A stretch of 64,000 bases of DNA from Octopus sinensis (GCF_006345805.1 NC_043007.1:34720001-34784000), one strand, 5' to 3'; shown: positions 27,307 through 40,054, counted from the first letter of the stretch. Notes: generated by a model from the letters alone, not told the origin. Numbers and translations: made by a program.

Positions 27307-27528
27307 TGGGAGTATAACTCCAAACTTACAGGGAAAAATTCAATTTAGTATTAAATCAAATATCACAATATAAATATGTAATATTTATATAAATTAGAGA
27401 AAATTTATGCAATTCAAACAATGATAGACATAAACCAAATTATACATAAAAAATAAAATATATTTTAAAACATATAACTAGATCACAAAAAGAACAAAAA
27501 TGAATAAACAATATACATTAAGTAAAAA

Positions 27529-27630
27529 GACTACGTACGTTTCATGGCTATAATGTAAATTCAAATTACAATTAAATTTAAATTTAATCGAAAAACAATT
27601 CTATTTTAAAGTATAGTCACTCCTCAGGTC
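27529..27630 (-). ncRNA. Type I hammerhead ribozyme, canonical core, long AT-rich loop 2
   Basis: GAC-CTGAGGA-GTGACTATA(long loop)TATAGCCAT-GAAAC-GTAC-GTA-GTC; palindromic ACGTACGT, GUA triplet, 3-bp stem I. Confidence 0.65.
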
Positions 27631-27967
27631 AACAATAATAACAATAATAGTTAGATAAATAATCAAATAGAATTAAACAATATTTCTTAAAGAAATAAAA
27701 TCACGCTCGTTCTTATAGAAGAAACTCCATTAACTAAATTTGAAATTTAAAGCATTAGGAGCAGATACCTATAATACATTTATCAGGTTAATATTTAAGG
27801 CAAAAAAAAATCGAGTAAATAGATAGAAAAATGTATTTTTCCGTGAAGATATAATTTAGCTTTAAGAAAAAACATTAATAAACTATAGAATATCTTTACA
27901 CTAGCTATACTCTAATATTTTAATTTACAAACTATTTTACAAAATAATCACACTTAATATTTTTAGA

Positions 27968-28375
27968 TTGTGGCTGTGTGGTAAGTAGCTTGTTTACCAA
28001 CCACATGATCCCGGGTTCAGTCCCACTGCGTGGCACCTTGGGCAAGTGTCTTCTACTATAGCCTCGGGCCGACCAAAGCCTTGTGAGTGGATTTGGTAGA
28101 CGGAAACTGAAAGAAGCCCGTCGTATATATGTACATATATATATGTGTGTGTGTGTTTGTGTGTCTGTGTTTGTACCCCTAGCATTGCTTGACAACCGAT
28201 GCTGGTGTGTTATGTCCCCGTTACCTAGCGGTTCGGCAAAAGAGACCGATAGAATAAGTACTTGGCTTACAAAAGAATAAGTCCCAGGGTCGAGTTACTC
28301 GACTAAAGGCGGTGCTCCAGCATGGCCGCAGTCAAATGACTGAAACAAGTAAAAGAGTAAAAGAGTAAAGAGAGT
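27968..28375 (+). mobile_element. SINE family C, full length
   Basis: Family C consensus. Confidence 0.9.
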
Positions 28376-28642
28376 ATATAATCATTAAAAAATAATAAAA
28401 TTATAAAATTATATAAAAGTATGTATCTAAATTATAATCAGGAAATATAGCAATTAGAAATCCATAGTTTTCAATCAATAAACATAAAAATAAATATATA
28501 AATAAATAAATAAATAAATAAATTACTCCATTATTACTTAAATAAATATAATAGATATCATTCCGAAAATATTTATGAAATAAAAAATTGAAAATTCCAA
28601 AACTAAAAGCGTATTACTTATCGTTTATAAAATTATTTGCGA

Positions 28643-28699
<57 letters not shown>

Positions 28700-29202
28700 T
28701 ATTATTATATTATTAAATTTAATAGTACTAAATATATAATAAAAAGCTTTACTTATACTAAATATTTTTTACAATCTAAATCACAAAGTGACAAACTAAT
28801 ATTTTACAATTTAAGTTCAGATATAATAATTATAAAATAATAATAATTAAATAAATATACGTATCTAAATTATCATTAACAAATTAAAAAATTAGAAATT
28901 CATATTTATCAATCAATACTTACATAGATTATATTATTATTTCTTAAATAAAAATGTATACTTATCTGTCCAAAGATGTATTATGAACTCAGTAATAATG
29001 GAGTAATTTATTTTAACTTGTTATTTTATTCCGGTCAGACCTAGGTTTCTAAATTTTATATATATGTATGCGTTAGTCATTATACACACACATATTGTGA
29101 TTTATATATACTAGATTAAGGCAGAATACTTACCAAACAAATATTTGTACGACTGATCCGTTAGATAAAAGTTTAAAATATTGACTCTGTTTTTAATTCC
29201 AG

Positions 29203-29299
29203 TAGATACACATTTATATCACAAAAACGCGCTGTATTGGAGATTGTGGCAGGCAGGCTCAAACTTATTATGGCTGCAGCTAAGAAATTCCTATTAGAG
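29203..29299 (+). CDS. Candidate exon (RYTFISQKRAVLEIVAGRLKLIMAAAKKFLLE; possible ATG at 29270)
   Basis: Acceptor CTCTGTTTTTAATTCCAG, donor GAG/GTACGC, one open frame; no homolog recognised. Confidence 0.3.
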
Positions 29300-29421
29300 G
29301 TACGCAATCACGAAGATGCTTGCATTCACGCGAGAAGCCCCATTCCACAAATGAATAGGTCAGACTGCAAATCATATGCTTACTGTAGTGTCGAGAGCTG
29401 AGAAAAATATTCAGTCAAGAC

Positions 29422-29603
29422 CAGCGTTGTCAAAGTTATTACATTCGTAACAAATTTGTTACGTTTTTGACAAAATGTATGCGTTGTTACGTCTTTTGTT
29501 ACGTTTTGGAATTTGTTACGTAGATTTGTTACGTTTTTGTTACGTTTGTAACGTTTCGAGATAAACATTTGTCAGGTTTTGGAAAAATCTTTCGGTAACG
29601 CTG
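29422..29603. mobile_element. hAT-type MITE
   Basis: TIR CAGCGTT..., 8-bp TSD GTCAAGAC (29414-29421, 29604-29611), internal TTTGTTACG repeats. Confidence 0.85.
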
Positions 29604-29647
29604 GTCAAGACTACATATTGAATACTAATAACATCTTGTTTCGAATC

Positions 29648-29746
29648 CAGAAAATTTCCATGCCCCTCTCAAAATTTTCTCATGCACTCTCAAAACTTTC
29701 TCAGGCCCACTCAAAATTTTCCCAGGCCCAACGTTGAGAACCACTG
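29648..29746 (-). mobile_element. hAT/Charlie-like terminus
   Basis: CAGTGGTTCTCAAC end with about 21-bp subterminal repeats. Confidence 0.55.
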
Positions 29747-31290
29747 CTGTAGATGGCGTCCTCTTCTACATATGCATTCTGTCAATCTGCCATCTCAGTT
29801 GGTATACCACGAATTTCATCTTGAATTCTCTCTTTCAGTTCACCCAGTGTCTTTTAAGGTAACTGCACAAGAAAAAAGCAACAAACGTACAAATCCGGTG
29901 ATCTTGGGGACCAGTGAATATTACCGAATCTTGAGATGACACTGTTACCGAACAACTCTTGCACAACTGCCATTGATTACTTTGTAGTGTGCGATGTCGC
30001 ATAATCGTGAAGTTGCGGAAAATAATTCAATGCAGTTGAAACAAAAGATTGCAGCATCTCAACATATCGATCAAAAGTGACAGTCACTGTGATCTCCATT
30101 TTCGAAAAAATAAGGTCTGATGACTCCGTGTGACGAAGCCGCACGCCATACCTATTTATTTACTACCCACAAGGGGCTAAACACAGAGAGGACAAACAAG
30201 GACAGACAAACGGATTAAGTCGATTAAATCGACCCCAGTGCGTAACTGGTACTTATTTAATCGATCCTCGAAAGGATGAAAGGCAAAGTCGACCTCGGTG
30301 GAATTTGAACTCGGAACGTAGCGGCAGACGAAATACCTGATTCTTTACTACCCACAAGGGGCTAAACACAGAAGGGACAAACAAGGACAGACAAACGGAT
30401 TAAGTCGATTATATCGAACCCAGTGCGTAACTGGTACTTATTTAATCGACCCCGAAAGGATGAAAGGCAAAGTCGACCGCGGCGGAATTTGAACTCAGAA
30501 CGTAGCGGCAGACGAAATACGGCTAAGCATTTCGCCCGGTGTGCTAACGATTCTGCCAGCTCGCTGCCTTATGCACACCATACCGTCACCTTGCTGCTGT
30601 GTAAAGGGCGTTCATAAAATTCGTGAGGGCTGCTATCTGCCCAGTAACGATAGTTCTGTTTGTTCACATAACCTGTGAGATGAAAATGAGCTTCATCTGA
30701 CATCTATAGCTTCTCTAGATTTTTGTAGTTTTCGTTTATGTTTTCCATAATTTTTGGACAGAATTTTAATTTAAATTGGTGATCAGTATCCTTCAGTTCT
30801 TGCACGATCTGCAGCTCGTACGGATGAAATTTTATTTCAAAATGGAGAATTCGGCAAATACTCACGCAGGACAACCTTACTGCAGTTGCCTGCTTACGAA
30901 CTGAACAACGTGGACTCTGTAAGACGGAAACGTGTAGAGCCTCGATATTTTTTTGAGTACAAAGAGTTCTTGGTCGTCCTGTCGGTTTCTTTTTCAGAAC
31001 CGATCCAGTCTCTTCAAAGGTTTTAATCCACATTTTCACCGCGTGCTTCGAGGAAATTTGACAACGGCGTCCTAAATTGAGATGACATTGAAACTCACGC
31101 TGCGCATCCTCCAAACAATTATAGTTTTTGTAAATCATTTTTTATAGCGAAAGCACGGTGTTGACCGTTCCAATGATCTATGATTACTAATTGGCAAGGT
31201 TGTTTCTGCATGAAGCTCACTGTACCACAGTGCTGCCAAATGGGTAGTACTACATGGCTGCACGGCAAACTTCAAAAGTTGCCGACTTAT
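29747..31290 (-). mobile_element. Decayed Tc1/mariner transposon interrupted by a SINE dimer
   Basis: HTH ORF 30704-31138 (FEETGSV..KKPTGRPRT), then MSDEAHFHLTGYVNKQNYRYW, IHWSPRSPDL, FFLCSYLK. Confidence 0.85.
30153..30572 (-). mobile_element. CORE-SINE dimer with 12-bp TSD
   Basis: GCACGCCATACC (30141-30152) and GCACACCATACC (30573-30584) flank two tandem units. Confidence 0.85.
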
Positions 31291-31424
31291 TTGTTTAATA
31301 TTTGTCAATCAACTTTTTTTTGTTGGATTTTTCAAAAGTTCCATTTTGGGAGTCACCATGTGTGTGTGTTTACATATATATATATTAGAAATATTGAATT
31401 TCTAAATGTCAACCTATATATATA

Positions 31425-31475
<51 letters not shown>

Positions 31476-31724
31476 ATAAGATACAAAAAGGGACAAGAAC
31501 GCAAAACATCCGGACAACTAGGTGATACAAAAAAGGACAACAAAACATAAATAGACGATACATAAAAACAAGGACGGGTCATTCGAAGCTTTCTATCCTC
31601 AGTTAAGAACCGGATCATCCTCGCAATTTCGGCTAATTATATATAATATATATATATATAATATATATATATTATATATATATATATCATATACATACAT
31701 ACATATATACATATATCTAATACA

Positions 31725-31801
<77 letters not shown>

Positions 31802-32519
31802 CATTATATACATATATATATACATATATATATATACATAGAGAGAGAGGTAGTTAGCTAGATAGATATAATACCTGCTCAGAGACCTACAAAGATAGAT
31901 ATAATTAATATATATATATATATATATACATAGAGAGAGAGGTAGTTAGATAGATAGAGGACAAACTGACACACATACACACCTTCAAGAAGCTTCAACA
32001 GCATGAAGTAAAATAAAAAAAATTATGCAAATAAACGGGCTCTCCTTCATTGACAATGAATCGCATGGCTAAGAACAGACGTGTATAGACCAAACAAACT
32101 AGAAATAAATCAAAGAGCTCGAAAACAAGACAGATGACTAACTGCTATCCATCATTAACAGCAACGCCATCGTCGTCGTCATCATCATCATCATCACCAC
32201 TATATCCTGCAGCATCACCGTGAACAGCAGCGCAGCAACAACAACAACAACAGCTGTAATACTAATGACTGTAGCAGTGCAAAAAGCTACATCAATGACT
32301 TACCAGCTGGAAACTGCAGACTGTCGACGTGTGATGGCGTTGTTGTTGTTGTTGTTGTTGTTGTTATTGATGTTGTTATTGCTGTGTGGAACATTCATCA
32401 ATACTAAATGATTAGAAAGAACCGAAATATCACGACTTAGTGTACCGTTCTCGTCGGTTAGCATAGCATGTATTATTATTATTATTATTATTATTATAAT
32501 TATTATTATTATTATTATT

Positions 32520-32972
32520 GAGTGAGAGAGCAGTTCATGCCATCAAGTGACACTGGGGTAAAATATACGAAGCCCAATAACCCATCATGACTACCCGTCT
32601 GATAAAGGTACACCAGGCACATGCATCACAACCATATGTGCGCGACATGGTGATCTCATATCAAGATAACAGCACATGACCTTGCAGGTGGGGCCCAGTT
32701 GAATTTTCTTCAGTTGAGTAGCCCATCCCGCTCAAACGTCCCTGAATAGGGTTGTTTAAGGATGTTGAACGAAACACCCATGTTTCCAGAGGTGAACTAT
32801 TCAAACCCCAAAGAATCCCTCTCAACACATGGCTATGATGCTCCCCCACTTACTGCTCGTGATCAGAGATGCACATATCGTCAGCCACTAAGGGACATGC
32901 TCAACTGGTTAAGGTCAAACAACTGACAAACAAATCTGTGGTATTGCAGATATTGCTGTAGCCCATCTTTTA

Positions 32973-32975
<3 letters not shown>
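32520..32975 (+). mobile_element. Non-coding interspersed element (family E) inside (ATT)n
   Basis: Highly similar to 33550-33840, 35568-36125 and 60205-60790. Confidence 0.85.
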
Positions 32976-33023
<48 letters not shown>

Positions 33024-33132
33024 TATTATTATCATCATCATTATATTATTATCAGTATTATTATTATTATTATCATTATTATTATCAGTATCATTATTAT
33101 TATTATTATTATTATCATTATTATTATCAGTA

Positions 33133-33182
<50 letters not shown>

Positions 33183-33184
33183 GT

Positions 33185-33505
33185 TATTTTACTTGTTTCA
33201 GTCATTTGCGGCCGTGCTGGAGCACCGCCTTTAGTCGAAGGAATCGACGCCGGGACTTTTTCTTTGTAAGCCTAGTATTTATTCTATCGGTCTGTTTTGT
33301 CGAACCGCTAGGTTACGGGGACGTAAACGCACCAATATCGGTTGTCAAGCCGATATATATATATAACGTCTTTTTTCAGTCACCGTATACCAAATCCACT
33401 CACAAGGCTTTGGTCGGCCCGAGGCTATAGTAGGGGACACATGCCCGAGGTACCACGCAGTGGGACTGAATCCGGAATCATGCGGTTGGGAAGCAAGCTT
33501 CTTAC
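33185..33505 (-). mobile_element. SINE family C
   Basis: Reverse complement of family C consensus. Confidence 0.85.
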
Positions 33506-33549
33506 TACACTGCCAAACCTGCACCATAATAATAATGATGATAACAATA

Positions 33550-33840
33550 ATAATAATAATAATAATAGGAAACATGGGTGGTTCTTTCAACATCCTTAAA
33601 CAACCCTTATTCAGGACCTTTTGAGCGGGATGGGCTACTCAACCTGAAGAAAATTCTAACTGGGCCCCACCTGCAAGGTCATGTGCTGTTTATCTTGATA
33701 TGAGATCACCATGTCGCGCACATATGGTTGTGATGCATGTGCCTGGTGTACCCTTATCAGACGGGTAGTCATGATGGGTATATTGGGCTTCGTATATTTT
33801 ACCCCAGTGTCACTTTGATGGCATGCACTGCTCTCTCACT
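33550..33840 (-). mobile_element. Family E element, partial, inverted relative to 32520
   Basis: Reverse complement of about 32520-32790. Confidence 0.85.
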
Positions 33841-33968
33841 CAATATAATAATAATAATAATAATAATGATAACAGCAACAACAACAATATTAATAATAAT
33901 AATAATAATAATTATTATTATTATTGTTGCTGTTGTTATTATTATTATTATTGCTGTTGTTGTTGTTG

Positions 33969-34007
<39 letters not shown>

Positions 34008-34084
34008 TATTATTATTATTATTATTATTATCATCATCATTATTATTATTATTATTGATAAGGCTATTGCATGCCCTTGAAGAT

Positions 34085-35030
34085 TGGTGACAACAAATCT
34101 CTTTAGATTTCAAGAAACTGTCTTAGCATTCTTGCAGAATACAGGATGGCACCTTTCTGCAGATCGATAATGCGAGTCTTAATTCCAAAAGCCTTCAGCC
34201 TCTAAGGTAGGAGTTTGGGTGTTTTGCCAAGTGCACCAATTACTTCAGGAATAATTGGCATGTTAGTCTTCCACAATCTCTTCATATCTCTCTCTTTCTT
34301 TCTGTCTTTTCCTCTCTCTCTCTCTCTCTCTTCTGTGAGTAGGTCCTGATATTTCTCAATTTTCTCAACTTCTTTGGTATTCACTGGTATTGCAAAATCT
34401 ATTATCTTACACTGAGATTGCTTTTCCAATTGAGGGTGGGTAGAGCTCCTCTACAATCATATATGATCTTCTTGCTTCTATAGTAAGGCCAGCCCTTGTG
34501 AGGAAATCCCATAAGATGCTGCAACAGTTATTCTTTATCACAGCCTCTAACTCGTGTTCATACCACATTTCTCCTACTTTGAAACCACAAACTTGTCTTA
34601 CATCCCAATACGCTCTTTTTCCGACAGTCAAGTCTTCGTTTACTCACTTTTTGTGCCAACTTACCTTGTTCATTTAAGACATAGTTAATACTTCCGTCTC
34701 CTTTCCCACATATTCTGCGTTTGCTCTCTGACTGAGATTTATCAATCATTGACTTAATCAAATTCGTCCTAATGACTTGTTTCTGGACAACTATAATTCT
34801 GTTTCTCACTTCAGGCTTCCCTCCGTCAGCCACAATCAACGTTCTATACTTCCAAAATCCCCGGTTAGATGCATGCGTTGGTCACATAATCATATCTCTT
34901 TACAACTACTAGTTCTATTTCTTTTCCTTCTCTTCTTCAATTCTCCTATTGTTTCAGTAACTTTTTGGATACTTCAAGCTGCCGATAATATTTTTTCTTC
35001 ATCACGTACAACATAGCTTTTTTTTATGTT
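34085..35030 (-). mobile_element. Decayed R4/Dong-like LINE 3' portion
   Basis: KIIDFAIP..KEVEKIEKYQDL..LWK..IIPEVIGALG and ILWDF motifs; abuts (AAT)n. Confidence 0.85.
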
Positions 35031-35523
35031 TCCAAGCACATTATCGAAATATTAAAGGTATATTCTGCAATATTCTTGACAGATAAAGTCTAAAGGGTAA
35101 AGACACCTTTTGGTCATGAATTGCCATGGGATTGCACCTAGAATATTACCCTCCGAAGCACAAGTCTGGACAAGGTCGTTCGTGGAAGACCAGCAGTAGC
35201 CTATGCATACCTGCTCTGAGCATACGCCTGTAGCTAGAAAAAAGGAAAGGAAAAAAAGGCACCTACCCGCAATGTCAGGTTACCCATGGTTTTTATGGGG
35301 TTTTTCCATAAGCAGCCCTTGAACGTCTCCTCCCTATTGAGGATTACACATCGTTGATTTTTTTTGATAATTTTGTTAGTCTTGTTTACACGCAAAACTC
35401 TCACAACACACTCACACACATACGCACGCATATTCTTTTGTTTGTCCGTAAAGTTTTTCTTAATGTAAACCCTTGTAGTTAATAAAGAAATTATCATGAT
35501 CATCATCATGATCATCATCATCA

Positions 35524-35567
<44 letters not shown>

Positions 35568-36125
35568 GAGTGAGAGAGCAGTACATGCCATCAAAGTGAC
35601 ACTGGGGTAAAATATACGAAGCCCAGTATACCCATCATGACTACCCGTCTGATAAGGGTTCACCAGGCACATGCATCAAAACCATATGTGCGTGACATGG
35701 TGATCTCATATCAAGATAAACAGCACATGACCTTGTAGGTGGGGGCCCAGTTAGACTTTTTTTCTGGTCGAGTGACCCATCCCGCTCAAAAGGTCCCTGA
35801 ATAAGGGTTGTTTAAGGTTGTAGAACGAAGCACCCATGTTTCGAGAGGTGAATTATTCAAACCCCAAATAATCCCCCTCGACACATGGCTATGATGCTCC
35901 CCCACTACTTCTGCTCGTGATCAGAGATGCACATATCATCAGCCACTAAGGGACATGCCTCACTGGTTAAGGTCAAACAACTTACAAGCAAATCTGTTGT
36001 ATTGAGCAGAATATTTGCTGTAGCCCATCTTTTATACCGAGACAAAACAATGTACATGATAACACTTCCAATCAGTTAAGATCAGAAGCCCATGAGAGCC
36101 ACTGCCGGTACTGCATCAGGCATTT
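35568..36125 (+). mobile_element. Family E element, about full length
   Basis: Flanked by (ATT)n and (CTT)n(ATT)n. Confidence 0.85.
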
Positions 36126-36206
36126 ATTAATACATTTCTTCTTCATCTTTCTTCTCTTCTTCTTCTTCTTCTTCTTCTTCTTCTTCTTCTTCTTTTCTTC
36201 TTCTTC

Positions 36207-36246
<40 letters not shown>

Positions 36247-36641
36247 CATTGTTATTATTATTGTTGTTGTTATTATTATTATTTATTAGTATTCTTATTA
36301 TTATTCTTATTATTATTATTATATTATATTCTTATTATGATTATTGCTATTATTTGGTATTATAGTATTTTATTATTGTTATTATTATATTATTATTATT
36401 ATTATTATTATTATCATTATCATTGTTATTATTGTTGTTATTATTATTATTATTATTATTATTAATTGCTTATCATTATATTATTATTATTATATTATTA
36501 TTATTTATATATTATATTATTATTATTATTATTATTTATTATTATTATTATTATTATTTAGCTGTTGTCGTTATTATTGATAGATTGATTGCTTTAATTG
36601 TATTTCAAGATTACTTTATATTACTGCTCTGACTTTCATAG

Positions 36642-36754
36642 TTACGTGTTTTGTGAAAAATCAGATTTGCAATATACATATGTCTGCCTGGGATAAGCTC
36701 GGATTCTCAGAAAAAGAAATCAACCAACTAACTCGCATATCAGAAATACAGTCT
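36642..36754 (+). CDS. Candidate coding exon (TCFVKNQICNIHMSAWDKLGFSEKEINQLTRISEIQS)
   Basis: Acceptor CTCTGACTTTCATAG, donor TCT/GTAAGA, single open frame, non-repetitive. Confidence 0.4.
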
Positions 36755-36847
36755 GTAAGACTTTTCTCAGCTTTAAAATGTGACATCGTTTTTGTTATCT
36801 ATGTTCCAGCCATGGAGATTTGTATCCTTGTTAGAAACCGGTCCCTG

Positions 36848-37270
36848 AAGGCAGCGAGCTGTCAGAAACGTTAGCACGCCGGATGAAATGCTTAGCGGTA
36901 TTTCGTCTGCAGTTACATTCTCAGTTCAAATTCCGCCGATGTCGACTTTGCCTTTCATCCTTTCGGGGGGTCGATTAAATAAGTACCAGTTACGCACTGG
37001 GGTCAATATAATCGACTTAATCCGTTTGCCCGTCCTTGCTTGTCCTCTCTGTGTTTAGCCCCTTGTGGGTAGTAAAGAAATAGGTATTTCGTCTGCCGCT
37101 ACGTTCTGAGTTCAAATTCCGCCGAGGTTGACTTTGCCTTTCATCCTTTCGGGGGTCGATTAAATAAGTACCACTTACGCATTGGGGTCGATGTAATCGA
37201 CTTAATCCATTTGTCTGTCCTTGTTTGTCCTCTCTGTGTTTAGCCCCTTGTGGGCAGTAAAGAAATAAGA
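36848..37270 (+). mobile_element. CORE-SINE dimer
   Basis: Second unit restarts at GGTATTTCG near 37083. Confidence 0.85.
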
Positions 37271-37319
37271 AACCGGTCCCTTCAAAAGAAGAATTTAAAT
37301 AATCAAAAACGGAAGAGAC

Positions 37320-38630
37320 CATACATACATACACATACATACATACATACATACATACATACATACATACATACATACATACATACATTGCTTCATCTTG
37401 ACTGATGATAGCACACCACATCCCATCACACAGTACAACCACTCCGTTGATGAGACCTTAGATGACTTTTAAGACCAGCTGCTGACTGGCAGGTTTTAAA
37501 ACAAAAGTGACAGTTTCATCAATACCTTCGCCCTTTGGAATCTGATTCTGTAGGAATGTTCTTGTGAACTAGCATATGTCTTTTAAGTCCAGATAGTCTT
37601 GCAAGCTTTGAGACATATGACACAAGTCGTAAGATGCTGTTAGTGTCCAAGATCATTACTTATCTGGGTATTTCGATTTCCATGTGACTTCATATGATTC
37701 ACGCATCCTGCTTTTGACAACAGAACACAGTCACATATAATACCGTAAATCCTCGAGTATAATCCGCATGTTTTCCCCAAAATTTATAGGTCAAAATCCC
37801 TAGTGCGTACTATATACGGGGTTAAAAATGAAAATTATTTTCTAAGCAATGTCCGAGTCTCTATTTGCTGTCCGGCAATGTTTATTCAGATGCATTTTGT
37901 GATGTCGGGCGCGAAAATACCTTAAGCTAAGCCTGAAAGCAATGAAGTCATAAAAGAATAATCTATAACTTGCAGCAAGCAACATTTATTAAACGTTATT
38001 ACTGTTATTTCTTTATTTTCTGCAAACAAAATGCACAAAAAAGCTACACGTTTGCATTATGTTATATATATACAATAATAATAAAGGACGTTACCATATA
38101 CAGTTTTACAAATCAAGGACGTTATATAGACCTCCTTGACCCAAGCTGGAGAAGAGGTGCGTATTATACACCAAGTTTAGGTTTTTCGGAAGTACAGCCC
38201 CCTAAAAATCCCCTGCGTGTCATACTCAAGGGCGGACTATACTCGAGGATTTACGGTACATATCCAATGTTCACTGTTGATTCCATTTCCAATTCTTCCT
38301 TTGCGACAGGCCCTTTTAATTTCAGATAGCTGAATCATCTTTTCCACCCAGGCATTGCAACCAGTCCTAACAGCACCACGCCACTTGTTCCGATCTAGAA
38401 CATCATTTTCCCAATCACTTTTGTTCATATCTACTTTCTTCAGGTTTTCCTTCACAGAGTCTTTATACCTTCTCCTCGGCTCATGTTGTGGTCGCTTAAC
38501 AGAGTTGAGCTCACCATGAAAAAGACGCTTTGGCAAACGCTCATCTTTTATTCTAATAACACGTCCACTCCATCTCATTTGAGCCAAGATAACATGTTGT
38601 TCAATTGAGCTGCAACATGCCATGCGCAAA
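37320..38630 (-). mobile_element. 5'-truncated RTE-type LINE with C-terminal triple C2H2 zinc finger
   Basis: QMRWSGRVIRIKDERLPKRLFHGEL..PRRRYKDSVK..DRNKWR (RTE C-terminus), then three C-x2-C-x12-H-x3-H motifs and an (ATGT)n tail. Confidence 0.85.
37743..38256. mobile_element. Tc1/mariner-pogo-type MITE inserted in the RTE
   Basis: 25-bp TIR CCGTAAATCCTCGAGTATA(A/G)TCCGC with TA duplication. Confidence 0.9.
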
Positions 38631-38881
38631 ACATACATACATACATACATACAGGTAGAATCTGTAAAACTTTCCAAAAGTTTATCCTTTAAGTATATAT
38701 GAACATTCTATATATGCAAGTATATGCATGAGAAGACATATATATAACAAAACATACGCAGCTGCACGTATACATACATACGTACATACATACATTCGAA
38801 AATGCTGGAAAATATAACAAATAAATATGCAGGTCATAAAACATCTATCTACATCTATTATCTATCTATCTATCTAGTCTC

Positions 38882-38930
<49 letters not shown>

Positions 38931-39482
38931 TCTATCTACTTACCCTACCTACCTACCTACCTACCTACCTACTACCTACCTACCTACCTACCTATCGCTA
39001 TCATCTATCTATCTACTATCTATCTATCTATCTATCATCTATCTATCTATCTATCTCTATCTATCTATCTATCTACATGTATGTCTGTGTAACTGGCTGT
39101 CTATCTATCTGTCTTTCTGTATGTGCGCATGCGTGCATATGTGCGTATGCATAAAGCGAAGTCAGGTTTCAGTTTGCTTTGGCCTTTTCTCTTTGCTGGT
39201 TCTCTCCCTTGAGATTGGTGAATGAGTAGTAGTGTAAGAACAAAAATTAGTGCAAAAATTAGTGTAAGACCTCACCGGATCACGGCTCCAATTTTACACT
39301 GGATTCGTTCGACGAACGGAATCCGGGACACAAGTGTTTCGACATGCTGTGTGGGGATGGCATGCAAACAAACACCAGAGAGAGGGAAAGGTAGAGAGAG
39401 AAAGAGAGAGGAGATAATACTTGAAAACAACTAAGTGGATGTAAATGGCGGCTAAGCCATGTAGAAGAGGTGTCATTTGCAG

Positions 39483-39591
39483 CAGAGATCAGTAAAGCTA
39501 ACCGCCAGAACACTTGGCTTGAAATTACAGACCGAAGATTACGAAGGTCAAGCAAAACTCATGGGACAACAAAGAATTTACAAAGAATATT
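39483..39591 (+). CDS. Weak candidate exon, in frame with 36642-36754
   Basis: CAG/CAG tandem acceptor, QRSVKLTARTLGLKLQTEDYEGQAKLMGQQRIYKEY, donor GTAATT; poor pyrimidine tract. Confidence 0.2.
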
Positions 39592-40001
39592 GTAATTGAG
39601 AAATATTTTTAGACTAAAAAAATTTATGCTTACGTAAATTGTTTCATAATCAAATAATGAACAAGAGTTGTTTGTAACAGAACAAGAACAAGAAAAACAA
39701 GAGAGAGAGGGAGAGAGAGAGAGAGCAAGGACATTTCTGCTGCTATGTAACCTTGAAGCTGCTGTGACAATTACTTTTACATGTTTGTATAACGTTAATA
39801 TAATAATGCGTTAATATATCGGTTTACTGAACCATACTGCGTTTTGAAATTAGGCTAAACATGTGTGTGTGTGTGTGTGTGTGTATCAAGGGTTGAACAG
39901 AAAGAATATATATATATATATGTTTGTATACATATATGTAAAAATATATATATATATATATACATACATACATAGTATATGTATTAATAGACATATATAT
40001 G

Positions 40002-40054
<53 letters not shown>

